Below are positions 1-9,028 of a stretch of DNA of 64,000 nucleotides, in pieces. The stretch is taken from assembly GCA_028717685.1 (NCBI GenBank), contig JAQUNI010000001.1, positions 335,451 to 399,450 of the forward strand, written 5' to 3'. Numbering within the stretch: position 1 is the first letter of the stretch; each line of letters opens with the position of its first letter. Origin of the DNA: Patescibacteria group bacterium. Lineage in GTDB: Bacteria > Patescibacteriota > JAQUNI01. Below the pieces are notes generated by a model. It was not told the DNA's origin and ran no database searches. It worked only from the letters and a program-made list of their open reading frames with translations. A program made the translations under genes and the position numbers.

Positions 1-83
1 CCAGGACCAAGAATTTCCAGGATAGACTCCTCTTTTTGAGCAGGAGGAGTATTTTGGTTGACTTTATTTTTATTGTTGAACAT
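1..83 (-). CDS. Partial ORF running off the window start (N-terminus MFNNKNKVNQNTPPAQKEESILEILGP...); function unknown. It lies downstream of the VirB4-N-like gene on the same strand.
   Basis: The reverse complement of 1..83 reads ATG (81-83) followed by an open frame to the window edge. It is not in the ORF track because it has no stop codon within the window. Confidence 0.3.
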   Translation of the reverse strand, partial: MFNNKNKVNQNTPPAQKEESILEILGP

Positions 84-206
84 CAAAACAAATTAAAAAT
101 GAAAAATGAAAAATTTAAAATTACAATTTAAAATGTAAAAAGAATTGGCTTGAAAGATTTTTAATTTTGCATTGTGGTTTTTCATTTTGCATTTTGCATT
201 TTTAAT

Positions 207-959
207 TTATACCACATTCAACTGCTTAATGTCGGTCATCGGCTGATTTTTGGAAGTCGCGGGATTATAAATATTATAAAATAGCTCAATCAATTCTTGG
301 GTGTTCAGGCGCACGCTTTTCAATCCCATGGCATTCAGAAGCCCCTCCACTCGCGCCACGCGTTGATTCAATAAACTATTATATTTTTGAAATTGCTTCT
401 CATTCTGGCTGATCACCTCCGCGGGACGCAATAAATTTCTCATTCTTGCCATCACACCCAATTCTCTCGCTTCCGTAAAGGCGTAAGGAATCACAATGTA
501 AAAACGTTTCCGCATAATCTTTCCCCACTCTACCAGATTGCTCACATATTCCCGATATTCAATGGTCTGAATACGCAAAAGTTCATTAGTCTGCTTTTTC
601 TCTAATTCTTCCAAACTTTTTAGATAACTTTCAATATTGAGTTCCCTGGACTGAATCACAAACTGCATTGGAAAATCTAAAGAGTTGAGAAAATTCTGGT
701 AACCATAAATAACGGAATTTTGTTCTTCCACGCTCTTTAAGGAAAAATTTAAGCTGGAAACCATCAAAATCGCGCGCAAGGTGCCATCCCGCAAAACCAC
801 GGTATTGTCTCTGACACCCGTAATATCTAAAAACTGCTGGGTGGATTTCTTGGTTTTTGCCTTCGCCAGTTTGGGCGAATGAAGGTTCTCTCTCTTATTT
901 TGCGGCTCTTTATTGCCACTTGCAAGGTTCTCTTTTGGATCTTTGTTTTTTGAAAACAT
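207..959 (-). CDS. VirB4/TraC/PrgJ N-terminal-domain-like protein (250 aa); possibly a stand-alone or split conjugation ATPase N-terminal domain.
   Basis: Six-frame ORF. The block FLDITGVRDNTVVLRDGTLRAILMVSSLNFSLKSVEEQNSVIYGYQNFLNSL..FVIQSREL follows the conserved N-terminal pattern of VirB4/TrbE proteins (LxDGS..xxI.G..F.L..EE.....N.L..L). No Walker motifs were seen in this ORF. Confidence 0.45.
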   Translation of the reverse strand: MFSKNKDPKENLASGNKEPQNKRENLHSPKLAKAKTKKSTQQFLDITGVRDNTVVLRDGTLRAILMVSSLNFSLKSVEEQNSVIYGYQNFLNSLDFPMQFVIQSRELNIESYLKSLEELEKKQTNELLRIQTIEYREYVSNLVEWGKIMRKRFYIVIPYAFTEARELGVMARMRNLLRPAEVISQNEKQFQKYNSLLNQRVARVEGLLNAMGLKSVRLNTQELIELFYNIYNPATSKNQPMTDIKQLNVV

Positions 960-1166
960 GAAAGCTTAAAACTTAAAAAGTAAAGCGTAAATAAAAATTT
1001 AAAGCTTGGTGATGAAAATTTTGTAACTTGTAACTTGAAACTTGTAACACAAGGGATGGAATACTTGAGTTACAGGTTATAAGTTGTAAGTTATAAGTTG
1101 TAAAAAATATGGTTTTACATTTTGCGCTGCTGTTTCGCATTTTTATTTTACTCTTTTACGCTTTCA

Positions 1167-1574
1167 TTACGATGTCTCTAGCGCCTTCTCAATATGAGAT
1201 AAACTGCCACGTTTCATATGGGCCTTGACTACCTCTCTTTTCTCCGCGCCTTCGGCAAACGAAACCTTGATCGTATTCTTAGCGGTTAACTTGCCTGTTT
1301 CGCGGCGCCAAATCCGGATCGGAGGCTTTAAATAGAAACCAAAAACAGCTAAAACAAAATAAATAAACGGCCGATCATTGACTTTTATAAACGCGAAAGC
1401 GGAAGTGATCGCGAGGGTCGGAATGGTTATGACAATAAAGAGAGATAAATCAAAGAAAAACCAATAAATCAATTCCACGGCGGCGGCGGCGAGAAAATAA
1501 AGAAACTGCTTAATGGTGAGGGGTCCCACCACCTTGTCTTCTATGTCAATAAATTGGGGAACAGTAGCTTGCAT
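1167..1574 (-). CDS. PrgI-like small membrane protein (type IV secretion / conjugation system component, VirB3-like).
   Basis: 135 aa with two adjacent hydrophobic helices (FLYFLAAAAVELIYWFFF, LSLFIVITIPTLAITSAFAFI) and a basic C-terminus. The architecture and size match the PrgI family, and it sits next to a VirB4-N-like gene. Confidence 0.5.
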   Translation of the reverse strand: MQATVPQFIDIEDKVVGPLTIKQFLYFLAAAAVELIYWFFFDLSLFIVITIPTLAITSAFAFIKVNDRPFIYFVLAVFGFYLKPPIRIWRRETGKLTAKNTIKVSFAEGAEKREVVKAHMKRGSLSHIEKALETS

Positions 1575-1611
1575 AAAAACAAATTAAAAATGAAAAATGA
1601 AAAATCACAAT

Positions 1612-3063
1612 TTAGTATTGAAATTTTCTGCTCGCGTCGGCAATAGCGTTGAATTCCTCTTCGGTCAAATAAGGCTCTCCTTGCATCATCCTCCTTTTGG
1701 CAATCTCCGTGATCGTCTTGCCTTGAGCAATGCTTTCGCCGCCGATCATAATATATAATTTATAAGGCCCCGAGCCTCGCCAAGCCTCTATACTCTGAAA
1801 TCGGGCAAGTTCGCTCTTACCCACCAAACTATTCACCTGCGCGACGAGACGACTTGACGCTTCGCTGGGCTGACGAATTTTAAAATTCTCCAAACCCAAA
1901 TTTTTAAGGTCGTTAACACTCTTGATTGCCTCAATGGCAAGCCCGGCATTTTGCTTTTCTCCCGCGGCAGAATGAGATTCTAATTTCCGCAAAACATCAG
2001 TAACGACCGTCTTCTTCCCTTCCGGCAGAGAAAACATGGGGGAAGGAACGTCACTCCCCCTGCTCGCCTCGCTAACGCTCTCGCCTCGCTGACGCTCTAG
2101 CGTAGCGGGTTGGCGTAGCGAGCCCGAGGGGGAGGGAGCGGCGCTCACCTCGCGTGAAGACTGTCCAAAAATCGGCGCGGGAGCTTCTATTCTAGAAATA
2201 TCTTTCTTGTCTTGCAAAGGAGCGGACTCTATCAGATGTTTGCTATCTAACGGGGTAAAAATTTTATCCACTGGAAAACCCTGCACATCGGGAGGAACAA
2301 CGGGGAATATAGGTGACTCCTCCCACGCCAAATTTTTGGCAGGAGAGGGCGGAGCTTCTTTTTCCTCTAGAACAGAGGACTTGGTCTCTTCTTCCCGGGC
2401 TCTAAAATCAACATCCTGCTGCGAATTATTCTTCTGGCTATTCTGATACTTGCTCAGAAAATCCGCTTGCCCTTCTTCGGGAAACTCTTCTTTCAAAAGT
2501 TGGGTGATTTGAGCCGCTTCCGCCTGTGAAAGTCCTGCCCCTCCCCGCTCCTCGGGCCGGGTTAGGGCGTCTTCGGTTTCTAATTCGTCCCGAATATCCT
2601 TAATATAAATAAGAATACTGCCTTCAAGACGCGATTTCTGCAAAGGAGACAATTTCAACTTTAAATCGCTCAAAACGCTATCCACAAAATCCCTGATCGC
2701 CCCCGCGCCCAATTTTAACAGGGTTGATTTTTCGGCGGCGGTCTTGGATTCTGGCAAGCCCTCTGGAGGGACGGGAACTTCGCGATCCAAGGCTTGTTTT
2801 TTTTGCTCTGAAGGAATATTGATTACTTTCTCTATAGCCCGGCTTAAATCAACACTTTCCTCAAGCGGCAGATTCAGGTTAATTCTTAGAACGCGCGGCA
2901 GATCAGAATTTTTAATCTCCCCGCTCGCGAGCTTCCCTAAAATTCTCGCTTGCAATCTTCTATCTTTTTCCGAGAGACGAAAAGCATCGCCTATCTTCGC
3001 GAGGCGCGAGGCTGTTTCACGGGAAGAGAGAAGGGTATTAAGATTTTGAGGGAAATTGGTCAT
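1612..3063 (-). CDS. Hypothetical protein (483 aa). Paralog of 3624..5018; carries an in-frame GC-rich repeat insertion.
   Basis: Long ORF. Its N-terminus (QNLNTLLSSRETA) resembles the N-terminus of the 464 aa neighbour (RDLNTLNSEEIT). The Pro/Ser/Gly-rich segment ...SAAPSPSGSLRQPATLERQRGESVSEASRGSDVPSP is encoded by the repeat at about 2040-2150. Confidence 0.6.
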   Translation of the reverse strand: MTNFPQNLNTLLSSRETASRLAKIGDAFRLSEKDRRLQARILGKLASGEIKNSDLPRVLRINLNLPLEESVDLSRAIEKVINIPSEQKKQALDREVPVPPEGLPESKTAAEKSTLLKLGAGAIRDFVDSVLSDLKLKLSPLQKSRLEGSILIYIKDIRDELETEDALTRPEERGGAGLSQAEAAQITQLLKEEFPEEGQADFLSKYQNSQKNNSQQDVDFRAREEETKSSVLEEKEAPPSPAKNLAWEESPIFPVVPPDVQGFPVDKIFTPLDSKHLIESAPLQDKKDISRIEAPAPIFGQSSREVSAAPSPSGSLRQPATLERQRGESVSEASRGSDVPSPMFSLPEGKKTVVTDVLRKLESHSAAGEKQNAGLAIEAIKSVNDLKNLGLENFKIRQPSEASSRLVAQVNSLVGKSELARFQSIEAWRGSGPYKLYIMIGGESIAQGKTITEIAKRRMMQGEPYLTEEEFNAIADASRKFQY

Positions 3064-3150
3064 TTTAGTTCAAAGTTCAAAGTCAAAAGCCAAACTGAAG
3101 ATTGAAAATGACAATTTTTAATTTTTAATTTTTAACTAATTCTTAATGTA

Positions 3151-3526
3151 TTAATTTTTATTGTTTTGTATTATGGAGATTATCTTAGAAAACATTTTAG
3201 CGTACCCTTGGACTTCTTGCCACAATTGATGGCACTCTTCTTTTACGCTCTCATCGGCTTGAGCAAGCATTCTTAGCCAGTGCATTTGTTTCTTTGGCTT
3301 CTTTCTTACAAATATGGATTTTATTCTTAAAATCCTTCCTTGAAGAAGCTCCGTTAGCTTCCATATAATTTGCCCCTATTGAGGTGCCTGAACGAATTAA
3401 TTGATTTATCAACGGCGAGGCAATGGGATTCTTGCAAGCTTTCTTTGATAAAATAATAATTTCTTCACCCAAACGCTCAAATTTCTCTTCTAAATCATAA
3501 TTAACATCATCTTTAGTTTTCTGCAT
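3151..3526 (-). pseudogene. Four-helix-bundle protein (23S rRNA intervening-sequence protein family), frameshifted.
   Basis: The 91 aa ORF 3251..3526 has the family core ...QLIRSGTSIGANYMEANGASSRKDFKNKIHICKKEAKET. The expected C-terminus HWLRMLAQADESVKEECHQLWQEVQGYAKMFSKIISIIQNNKN continues in another frame down to 3151, implying a 1-nt frameshift near 3280. Confidence 0.55.
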
Positions 3527-3623
3527 GCAATAATTCGTTAATTCAACAAAAATTAGTTAAAAATTAAGAAATAAAAATTAAAAATTGTCTTTAAACTTTG
3601 AATTTTGAACTTTTAACTGAATT

Positions 3624-5018
3624 TTATTCCGCCCAAAATGGGCTATTTACAATATAGCTTCTTACTTCCGGCGATAATTGGTTAAAGTTCTGACGGATAA
3701 TTTGCCGCAATCGCCCTTCTTCAACAGGATCTCCTTTTTGCGCCGCGGCTTCTAAAATAGAAATCGTAATTTCTGAATTTGAGGTATCCACTAACTTTTC
3801 GCTCTGAACAAAATTTTTGTTCAGCAATGGAGAGGAAAATCCATCCCCCTTTTGGAAAGGAGAGTTGGGGGCGGGAGTAACACTCCCCCTGCCCGAGGGG
3901 GAGATGGAGGGGGTGGGAGGTTCCGGCATTCTCTGTGATAATAAATCCGTAGGCTCATTTGGAACAGATGTTTGAGACGGCAATGGCTCTTCTCTTCCGG
4001 CAAATGCCGCGGGTCTTTTAATCTCCTCTGTTGTGGGCGGAGCAAATGACGCGGGCTGCTTTGAAACGGCTCCGGCGGTATAGGGAGAAGAGGCGGCACT
4101 CCCTCTGTCTTGAGGGGGGAGAAAGACACTCCCCCTGCTCGCCTCGCTAAAGCTCCGGCGTAGCGGGCCCGAGGGGGAGGCGGAGGGGGAGGGAGTCTCC
4201 GCGGCTAAAGGCGCCCTGTTTTGCGCTTGGGGAAATCTCGTTTCTCCGTTCGCGGGTCGAATATCCCGTAAATCCTGCGGACCTTGATAACCTTGAGGCG
4301 GTCGGTTCGCTCCTTCCGACGCAGTTTGAGCCAAGGCTTGACCCAATCTCACCTGCTTTCTTTCTTCTATACTCACTCCCTGTTCTTGCGTCATTTCCAT
4401 CTCCGCCATTACTCCCAAAGGCTGCAACGCATTATAAAGCTTTAAAAGCTTTGCCAAAATTATTTTATCCCCTTCTGCTAGCTTTTGAACCTCTGTGTTC
4501 TTATTTAAAAAATCCCTTTCCTCAAGCTCTAAAAGCTGCGGCCGACCCGGATAGCTGTGGATAAAGAGGGCGAGCCACTCGCCAATCGTTAAAGAACCTA
4601 TTTTTTGTCTGTTATCGCGCAAGGCTTGCACCAATTTTTTACAAAGCTCTTCCCGTGGTCCAGTCGGGTTGACCCAAAGTAAAGCTTCCAAACGACCCAA
4701 TACAATCTCCTCATCCAAAGGCAAAACCTCTTTAATCTCGCCTTGAAACAATTGAATAATCTCACTGTCCCTCTGCGCCGGCAAACTGACATAATTAACT
4801 AGAGTCGCCCATTTTTTTAGTTGACCTAAAATTTCCGGCTTCGCGCTAAGCTCTCTTCTTTGTAGGACTTCTTTAAACTCTCTGGACAATTTAAAAGCTT
4901 CCTTATCTTCGCAAAAATAAATAATTTCCCCGACCTGCCGGTTCACTTCCTGCAAAACCTCTGGCCGCGTTATCTCTTCTGAATTAAGAGTGTTTAAATC
5001 TCGCATAGATATTATCAT
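3624..5018 (-). CDS. Hypothetical protein (464 aa). Paralog of 1612..3063, with two in-frame GC-repeat insertions.
   Basis: Long ORF. The segments PSPSASPSGPLRRSFSEASRGSVFLPP and PTPSISPSGRGSVTPAP are encoded by GC hairpin repeats at about 4095-4200 and 3880-3925. Confidence 0.6.
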   Translation of the reverse strand: MIISMRDLNTLNSEEITRPEVLQEVNRQVGEIIYFCEDKEAFKLSREFKEVLQRRELSAKPEILGQLKKWATLVNYVSLPAQRDSEIIQLFQGEIKEVLPLDEEIVLGRLEALLWVNPTGPREELCKKLVQALRDNRQKIGSLTIGEWLALFIHSYPGRPQLLELEERDFLNKNTEVQKLAEGDKIILAKLLKLYNALQPLGVMAEMEMTQEQGVSIEERKQVRLGQALAQTASEGANRPPQGYQGPQDLRDIRPANGETRFPQAQNRAPLAAETPSPSASPSGPLRRSFSEASRGSVFLPPQDRGSAASSPYTAGAVSKQPASFAPPTTEEIKRPAAFAGREEPLPSQTSVPNEPTDLLSQRMPEPPTPSISPSGRGSVTPAPNSPFQKGDGFSSPLLNKNFVQSEKLVDTSNSEITISILEAAAQKGDPVEEGRLRQIIRQNFNQLSPEVRSYIVNSPFWAE

Positions 5019-5053
5019 TATTGTCTATTTCGTAATTAAAGATCATTTCCAAT

Positions 5054-8000
5054 TTAAATTCCGCCCCCCATATTCAGCCGATCTTCGTCCTGACGTAATG
5101 TCTCCGCTCTAGAACTCTCTCCTACTGCATCTCTATCTCTACCTCTACGATCACCAGCACCAGCTATTGATCCTCCCTCACCGCCTGTCTGGCCTACTTT
5201 ATCAAAAAGTTTCTTTAGAATTCTTCTCATATCCTGCGCCTTATCCCTTCTCACCTTGGCAGCCCCTTCCTTCCCCTTCTTTTCTAACCTTTCAGCTTCC
5301 TTCTCCATCTCATCAGTGATACCCAAAAGATCCTTCTGGTTCTCTATATATCTTAAGGATTCAATTAGGCGCGGCTGGGCCCAGCTGCCCAATCTATCTA
5401 CATCTTCATCGGTCAAAGGTTCAACCTGCCCCCTACTGCCAGGAGTAAGACCTAAATATTTAGCCCCAGGCGGCGCATTGGCATATTTTATCTGATCTTC
5501 TTTGGACATATCACTAATACTCATATCGCGGAAGAGGAGACCGGGGTGCCACCTTTTTTGATAAGTGCTTCTCTTTGCTTGTTCAGAGCTAATAATTCTT
5601 GTCCGATTTTGATTATAAGTATCCACGACTGTAGCGACCCCTTCGCGCAATTTCTCATCGGCGATAAGAAAGTTCCCTTTTTTGTCTTTTCTTTTTAAAA
5701 TCTCTTCTTTGGAGTAACCAAAATTGTCCAGCATTAAGTTAGACAGTTTTTCAAAAGAAGTATCCACTCCCTCGACTTTTAATTTTTCCGCCTTTTTGCG
5801 CAAATATTTTTGAAACACAGCCGTCTTCTCTAAAAAAGTTACCTGCCCTGTTGCATTTTCCCCTTCTGCTAATTCAATCTTCTGCAGATCTTCATCATCT
5901 TCAGCCGTGTTAAGAGAGCGATTATCAGCCTCATCAAACGTGGTGGAATAAGAGAATTGAGGATAAGTTTGCTTCATTGCTTCAGCAATATCATTCGCGA
6001 ACATCGAGGCACGATCCGAATCCCCGAAGAGCCTTCTTAAGACCGCCGTATCTGAACCCATCACCGCCTTTCCTCCGGAAAACTTCCGCGCGTACTCCGA
6101 ACCCTTCAAAAGATCGTTAATATCACCTCGAGATAAAATTACCTCCAAAAGCCCCTGGACTTCGGCGGTCAAAGCCTGATCTGAACCAAGCCAACCCTTG
6201 CCTTCCATCTCTTTCAATAACTCGTCCAAACGGGTATAAAGAGCTTCTGTTTGAACATCGCTTTCATTAAGAGAGCTTGCCACTTCTTTCACTGCCGCTC
6301 TCTCCGCGCCGCGAGCATAAAGCTTCTCCCGCTCATAACCCGGACCCTTTTTCTGAAAAAAAGCATGCCAGCCGGCAAGCCTCGGTTGCAGTTCTGTAAT
6401 CCGTGGACCATAAATTTCTTTCTCTCGCCGTTTGCGCCGTGCCTCTGTTACCGCCTTCCACACCTTAGGGCTAACCCATTTCAAATACTTCCCTGCTCTG
6501 CTTTCCATCGCCTTGCCCCAACCATACTTTCCTAAAGCCTTAGCTCCCGCCGCCGCGGGTTTACCCATTGTCAGCCATTCTGACCCTGTTTTCCATAATT
6601 TATTCGCGCCTTGCAGAATTCCGGAAGCGCCCATAACGCTCGCTTTGCGCGCCACATAAAGACCCGCCATCATAAAAGCCACAGCGAAAAGAAGCTTCAT
6701 AAAAACTTGGGGAGAAGCGCCTTGCGCCGGCAATCGCCTTAAAGCCTCGCCTTCTGACAATAAACTCTCTAATGTTCCGGCTTTAGATTTAAAATGAGCG
6801 TCTAAATCCGCGCTTAAAACAATCACCGATAAAGTAATGCAAAAAATCATCACCGGCGCGAAGAAAGCGGTGCGCAAAAAAGTATTCCAAAAGCCAGAGA
6901 CGATTTTCTTCTGCCCGACCGCCATCGCGAGGTAAATCAAAGGTGAAATCGCGGTCATTAAAAGCAGAACCACAATCCGGACAGCCAAAAGGAGCGCGGT
7001 CGCACCATAAACAATTACCGCCGACAGCATATAAAGAATCATTAAAATCTGGGCTCCCAAGACAGAGGCGAGAGTAGTAAAATCAGTGGAGCCGGCAAGC
7101 CTGTCCACGCCAAAAAGGCCTCCAAGACCCGCGGCTCCGAAAAGCGCCTTAATCGGAGCAATCTTATTCGGATTGAGATTCAAGAAAATATCCGACAAAA
7201 TTTGTGAGAAATCAACCGCCACGCCGCAAAGCACCTTGGAAAAATTGATTAAAACCACGCCCGCTAAAAAACCAGGCAGCATTTTCTTTAAACTGCGCTC
7301 CTGAATGCCCAAGACCGTGCAAAAGGCGATATAAAGCAGAACGACGATAAAGAACATATTGGAAAAATCGCGCAAGAACCGCCAGACTAAATCCACAATC
7401 CCAAAATCAATTTGGCTGAAATTAAGCACCCACTCCAAGAAGGCGAAAATAAGAAACAAAAGACCCTGCAAAACACCACAGACGACAAGAGCAATAATGC
7501 CAAAAACCACAGAGACCACCAGCCCAATGGAATTGTTAAAAATTTTCCACGCGACCTGGCTTACTAAACTTCCTGCATTGCAATCATATAAAGGTTGAAT
7601 ATTATTCTTAAAGTCATCAAGGTTATTCTGATATTCTGGGATTTGACCAATATAAAAATTTTCTCCTCTACCCGAATTTACATCCCGCTCCATAAAACAC
7701 GAAGCCGGATCAATAGTATCCCGTGGAGAAGCGCAGTAAGCCTTCTCTCCTATATTAATCTGATAACCTGCGGTTCCTACTGTATAGTTGATTGGTATAG
7801 TTACCACAAAAGCGGGAAGCTCGCGCTCTATTTTAGGAGTGCAGGGTTTTTTGGAATCCAAACAAACCTGGGGCAATATTTGCCCGCCTTTTTCATAGAC
7901 CCCCTTTCCCCCGCCGCAAGCATTGGCTATGGTTGCGCAGGTAAAAACAACAGCAGTTTGAGTACTGGAAACCGAAGAGGGAATCTCTGCACAAAATGCT

Positions 8001-8425
8001 GGCGCCTTACAACCCACTTTTCCTGAATTAAAAAGAAATTGATATGACTTCGCTTTGTCAGCGGCTGGAATTAGGTTGATATCAAGAAGAGAAGGAGAAA
8101 AAAGACTGAAGTTAAATTTTTTTTCTCCAGCATTTCCATAACCATTGCACTTCTCACAATCATCTGTACCTACTATACATAGGTTATTGTCTACGCTTGC
8201 ACAGTAATTTTCTTGTACCTGTGTAATACCACTAGTATAAATACTAGAAGCGCAGGCTTTATTTTGATTAGTCTCACATGCCGTCTCTCCCTTTGTCAGT
8301 GGATCGTTAGCACCATCACATGGCACCATTTCGGCCTGCGCTGTCCCAGATCTGCTAAACAATCCCAAGCCCGCGAGGCAGAGAAGAATCAATATTTTCC
8401 AAAAATTTTTGGTTTTAATTTGCAT
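5054..8425 (-). CDS. VirB6/TrbL-like polytopic membrane protein with a Cys-rich extracellular N-domain and a long charged cytoplasmic C-domain (about 1124 aa counted from Met29).
   Basis: Signal peptide MQIKTKNFWKILILLCLAGLGLFSRSGTAQA. About 330 aa with many Cys, then at least six hydrophobic helices over about 300 aa (VirB6/TrbL-like core), then a 500 aa Lys/Glu/Arg-rich tail. The track ORF extends to 8509, but the signal-peptide Met at 8425 is the likelier start. Confidence 0.5.
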   Translation of the reverse strand: MQIKTKNFWKILILLCLAGLGLFSRSGTAQAEMVPCDGANDPLTKGETACETNQNKACASSIYTSGITQVQENYCASVDNNLCIVGTDDCEKCNGYGNAGEKKFNFSLFSPSLLDINLIPAADKAKSYQFLFNSGKVGCKAPAFCAEIPSSVSSTQTAVVFTCATIANACGGGKGVYEKGGQILPQVCLDSKKPCTPKIERELPAFVVTIPINYTVGTAGYQINIGEKAYCASPRDTIDPASCFMERDVNSGRGENFYIGQIPEYQNNLDDFKNNIQPLYDCNAGSLVSQVAWKIFNNSIGLVVSVVFGIIALVVCGVLQGLLFLIFAFLEWVLNFSQIDFGIVDLVWRFLRDFSNMFFIVVLLYIAFCTVLGIQERSLKKMLPGFLAGVVLINFSKVLCGVAVDFSQILSDIFLNLNPNKIAPIKALFGAAGLGGLFGVDRLAGSTDFTTLASVLGAQILMILYMLSAVIVYGATALLLAVRIVVLLLMTAISPLIYLAMAVGQKKIVSGFWNTFLRTAFFAPVMIFCITLSVIVLSADLDAHFKSKAGTLESLLSEGEALRRLPAQGASPQVFMKLLFAVAFMMAGLYVARKASVMGASGILQGANKLWKTGSEWLTMGKPAAAGAKALGKYGWGKAMESRAGKYLKWVSPKVWKAVTEARRKRREKEIYGPRITELQPRLAGWHAFFQKKGPGYEREKLYARGAERAAVKEVASSLNESDVQTEALYTRLDELLKEMEGKGWLGSDQALTAEVQGLLEVILSRGDINDLLKGSEYARKFSGGKAVMGSDTAVLRRLFGDSDRASMFANDIAEAMKQTYPQFSYSTTFDEADNRSLNTAEDDEDLQKIELAEGENATGQVTFLEKTAVFQKYLRKKAEKLKVEGVDTSFEKLSNLMLDNFGYSKEEILKRKDKKGNFLIADEKLREGVATVVDTYNQNRTRIISSEQAKRSTYQKRWHPGLLFRDMSISDMSKEDQIKYANAPPGAKYLGLTPGSRGQVEPLTDEDVDRLGSWAQPRLIESLRYIENQKDLLGITDEMEKEAERLEKKGKEGAAKVRRDKAQDMRRILKKLFDKVGQTGGEGGSIAGAGDRRGRDRDAVGESSRAETLRQDEDRLNMGGGI

Positions 8426-8689
8426 TTTGGCAATCCCCAAATGTGATTTAAGATCGTTGGCTCCCCAGTACACTCTTAGGGCGGAACTATGGAGCCAACA
8501 AGTTAACAATAACCCAAAATTCCCCTCCTAGTCGTTGAATTGAAAACTAAAAGGATTTTTCTTTTCCTTTTTATTTTGGATAATTCTTCTGGCTCTATAA
8601 TTTATTTTGCGCTTTTCGCTTTTAACTACGGCTTTTTATACTATACCACAAAAAAACAATCTCGTAAAAACGAGATTGTTAGTTATCCA

Positions 8690-8975
8690 CATAAAATTTT
8701 GAATCCGAGCGTTGGCTCCACACAGACTTAGACCCCTCCCACCCTCCCCTTGGTAAGGGGAGGTGAAATGCGCTCCCCCTGCTTTCCAAGGGGGGAGAAA
8801 GATTCTCACTCCCCCTGCCAGGGGGGAGGCGGAGGGGGAGGAAGCTTCAGAACCCCACCTAACCTCCCCTTTGAAAGGGGAGGTTAATGCACACTCCCCC
8901 TGCCCGAGGGGGAGATGCCTGCCCGCCATCGCTTCGCTTCAGGCGAGGCGGGGGGGAGGGAGTAAAAAGACGCGA
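8690..8975. repeat. Tandem cluster of GC-rich hairpin repeats (CCTCCCCTT-N-AAGGGGAGG, CTCCCCCTGCCCGAGGGGGAG, GCCCGCCATCGC..GCGAGGCGGG).
   Basis: Several perfect or near-perfect short palindromes sit in an otherwise AT-rich context. The same units recur at more than 12 other sites in the window. Confidence 0.8.
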
Positions 8976-9017
8976 AAATAAAAAACCCAGTATATACTCT
9001 TGAAGTATTATACTGGG
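8976..9017 (-). terminator. Rho-independent terminator of the FGE-domain lipoprotein gene.
   Basis: On the minus strand the sequence reads CCCAGTATAATACTTCAAGAGTATATACTGGG followed by TTTTTTATTTT. The identical module is found at 18218..18261. Confidence 0.6.
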
Positions 9018-9028
9018 ATTGAGAAATT

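Noticed and set aside
2207-3049. Plus-strand ORFs 2207..2446 and 2744..3049, and the many similar 60-150 aa ORFs antisense to long minus-strand genes (for example 5256..5495, 6251..6659, 7086..8026, 11449..13604, 16613..17229, 44127..44630, 46460..47679).
   Set aside because: They are fully embedded antisense within well-supported long genes and have low-complexity or repeat-derived composition. They are typical spurious antisense ORFs.
8690-8975. Possible CRISPR array, given the many short GC palindromes.
   Set aside because: The units are heterogeneous hairpins without constant-length unique spacers, and they recur dispersed throughout the window.
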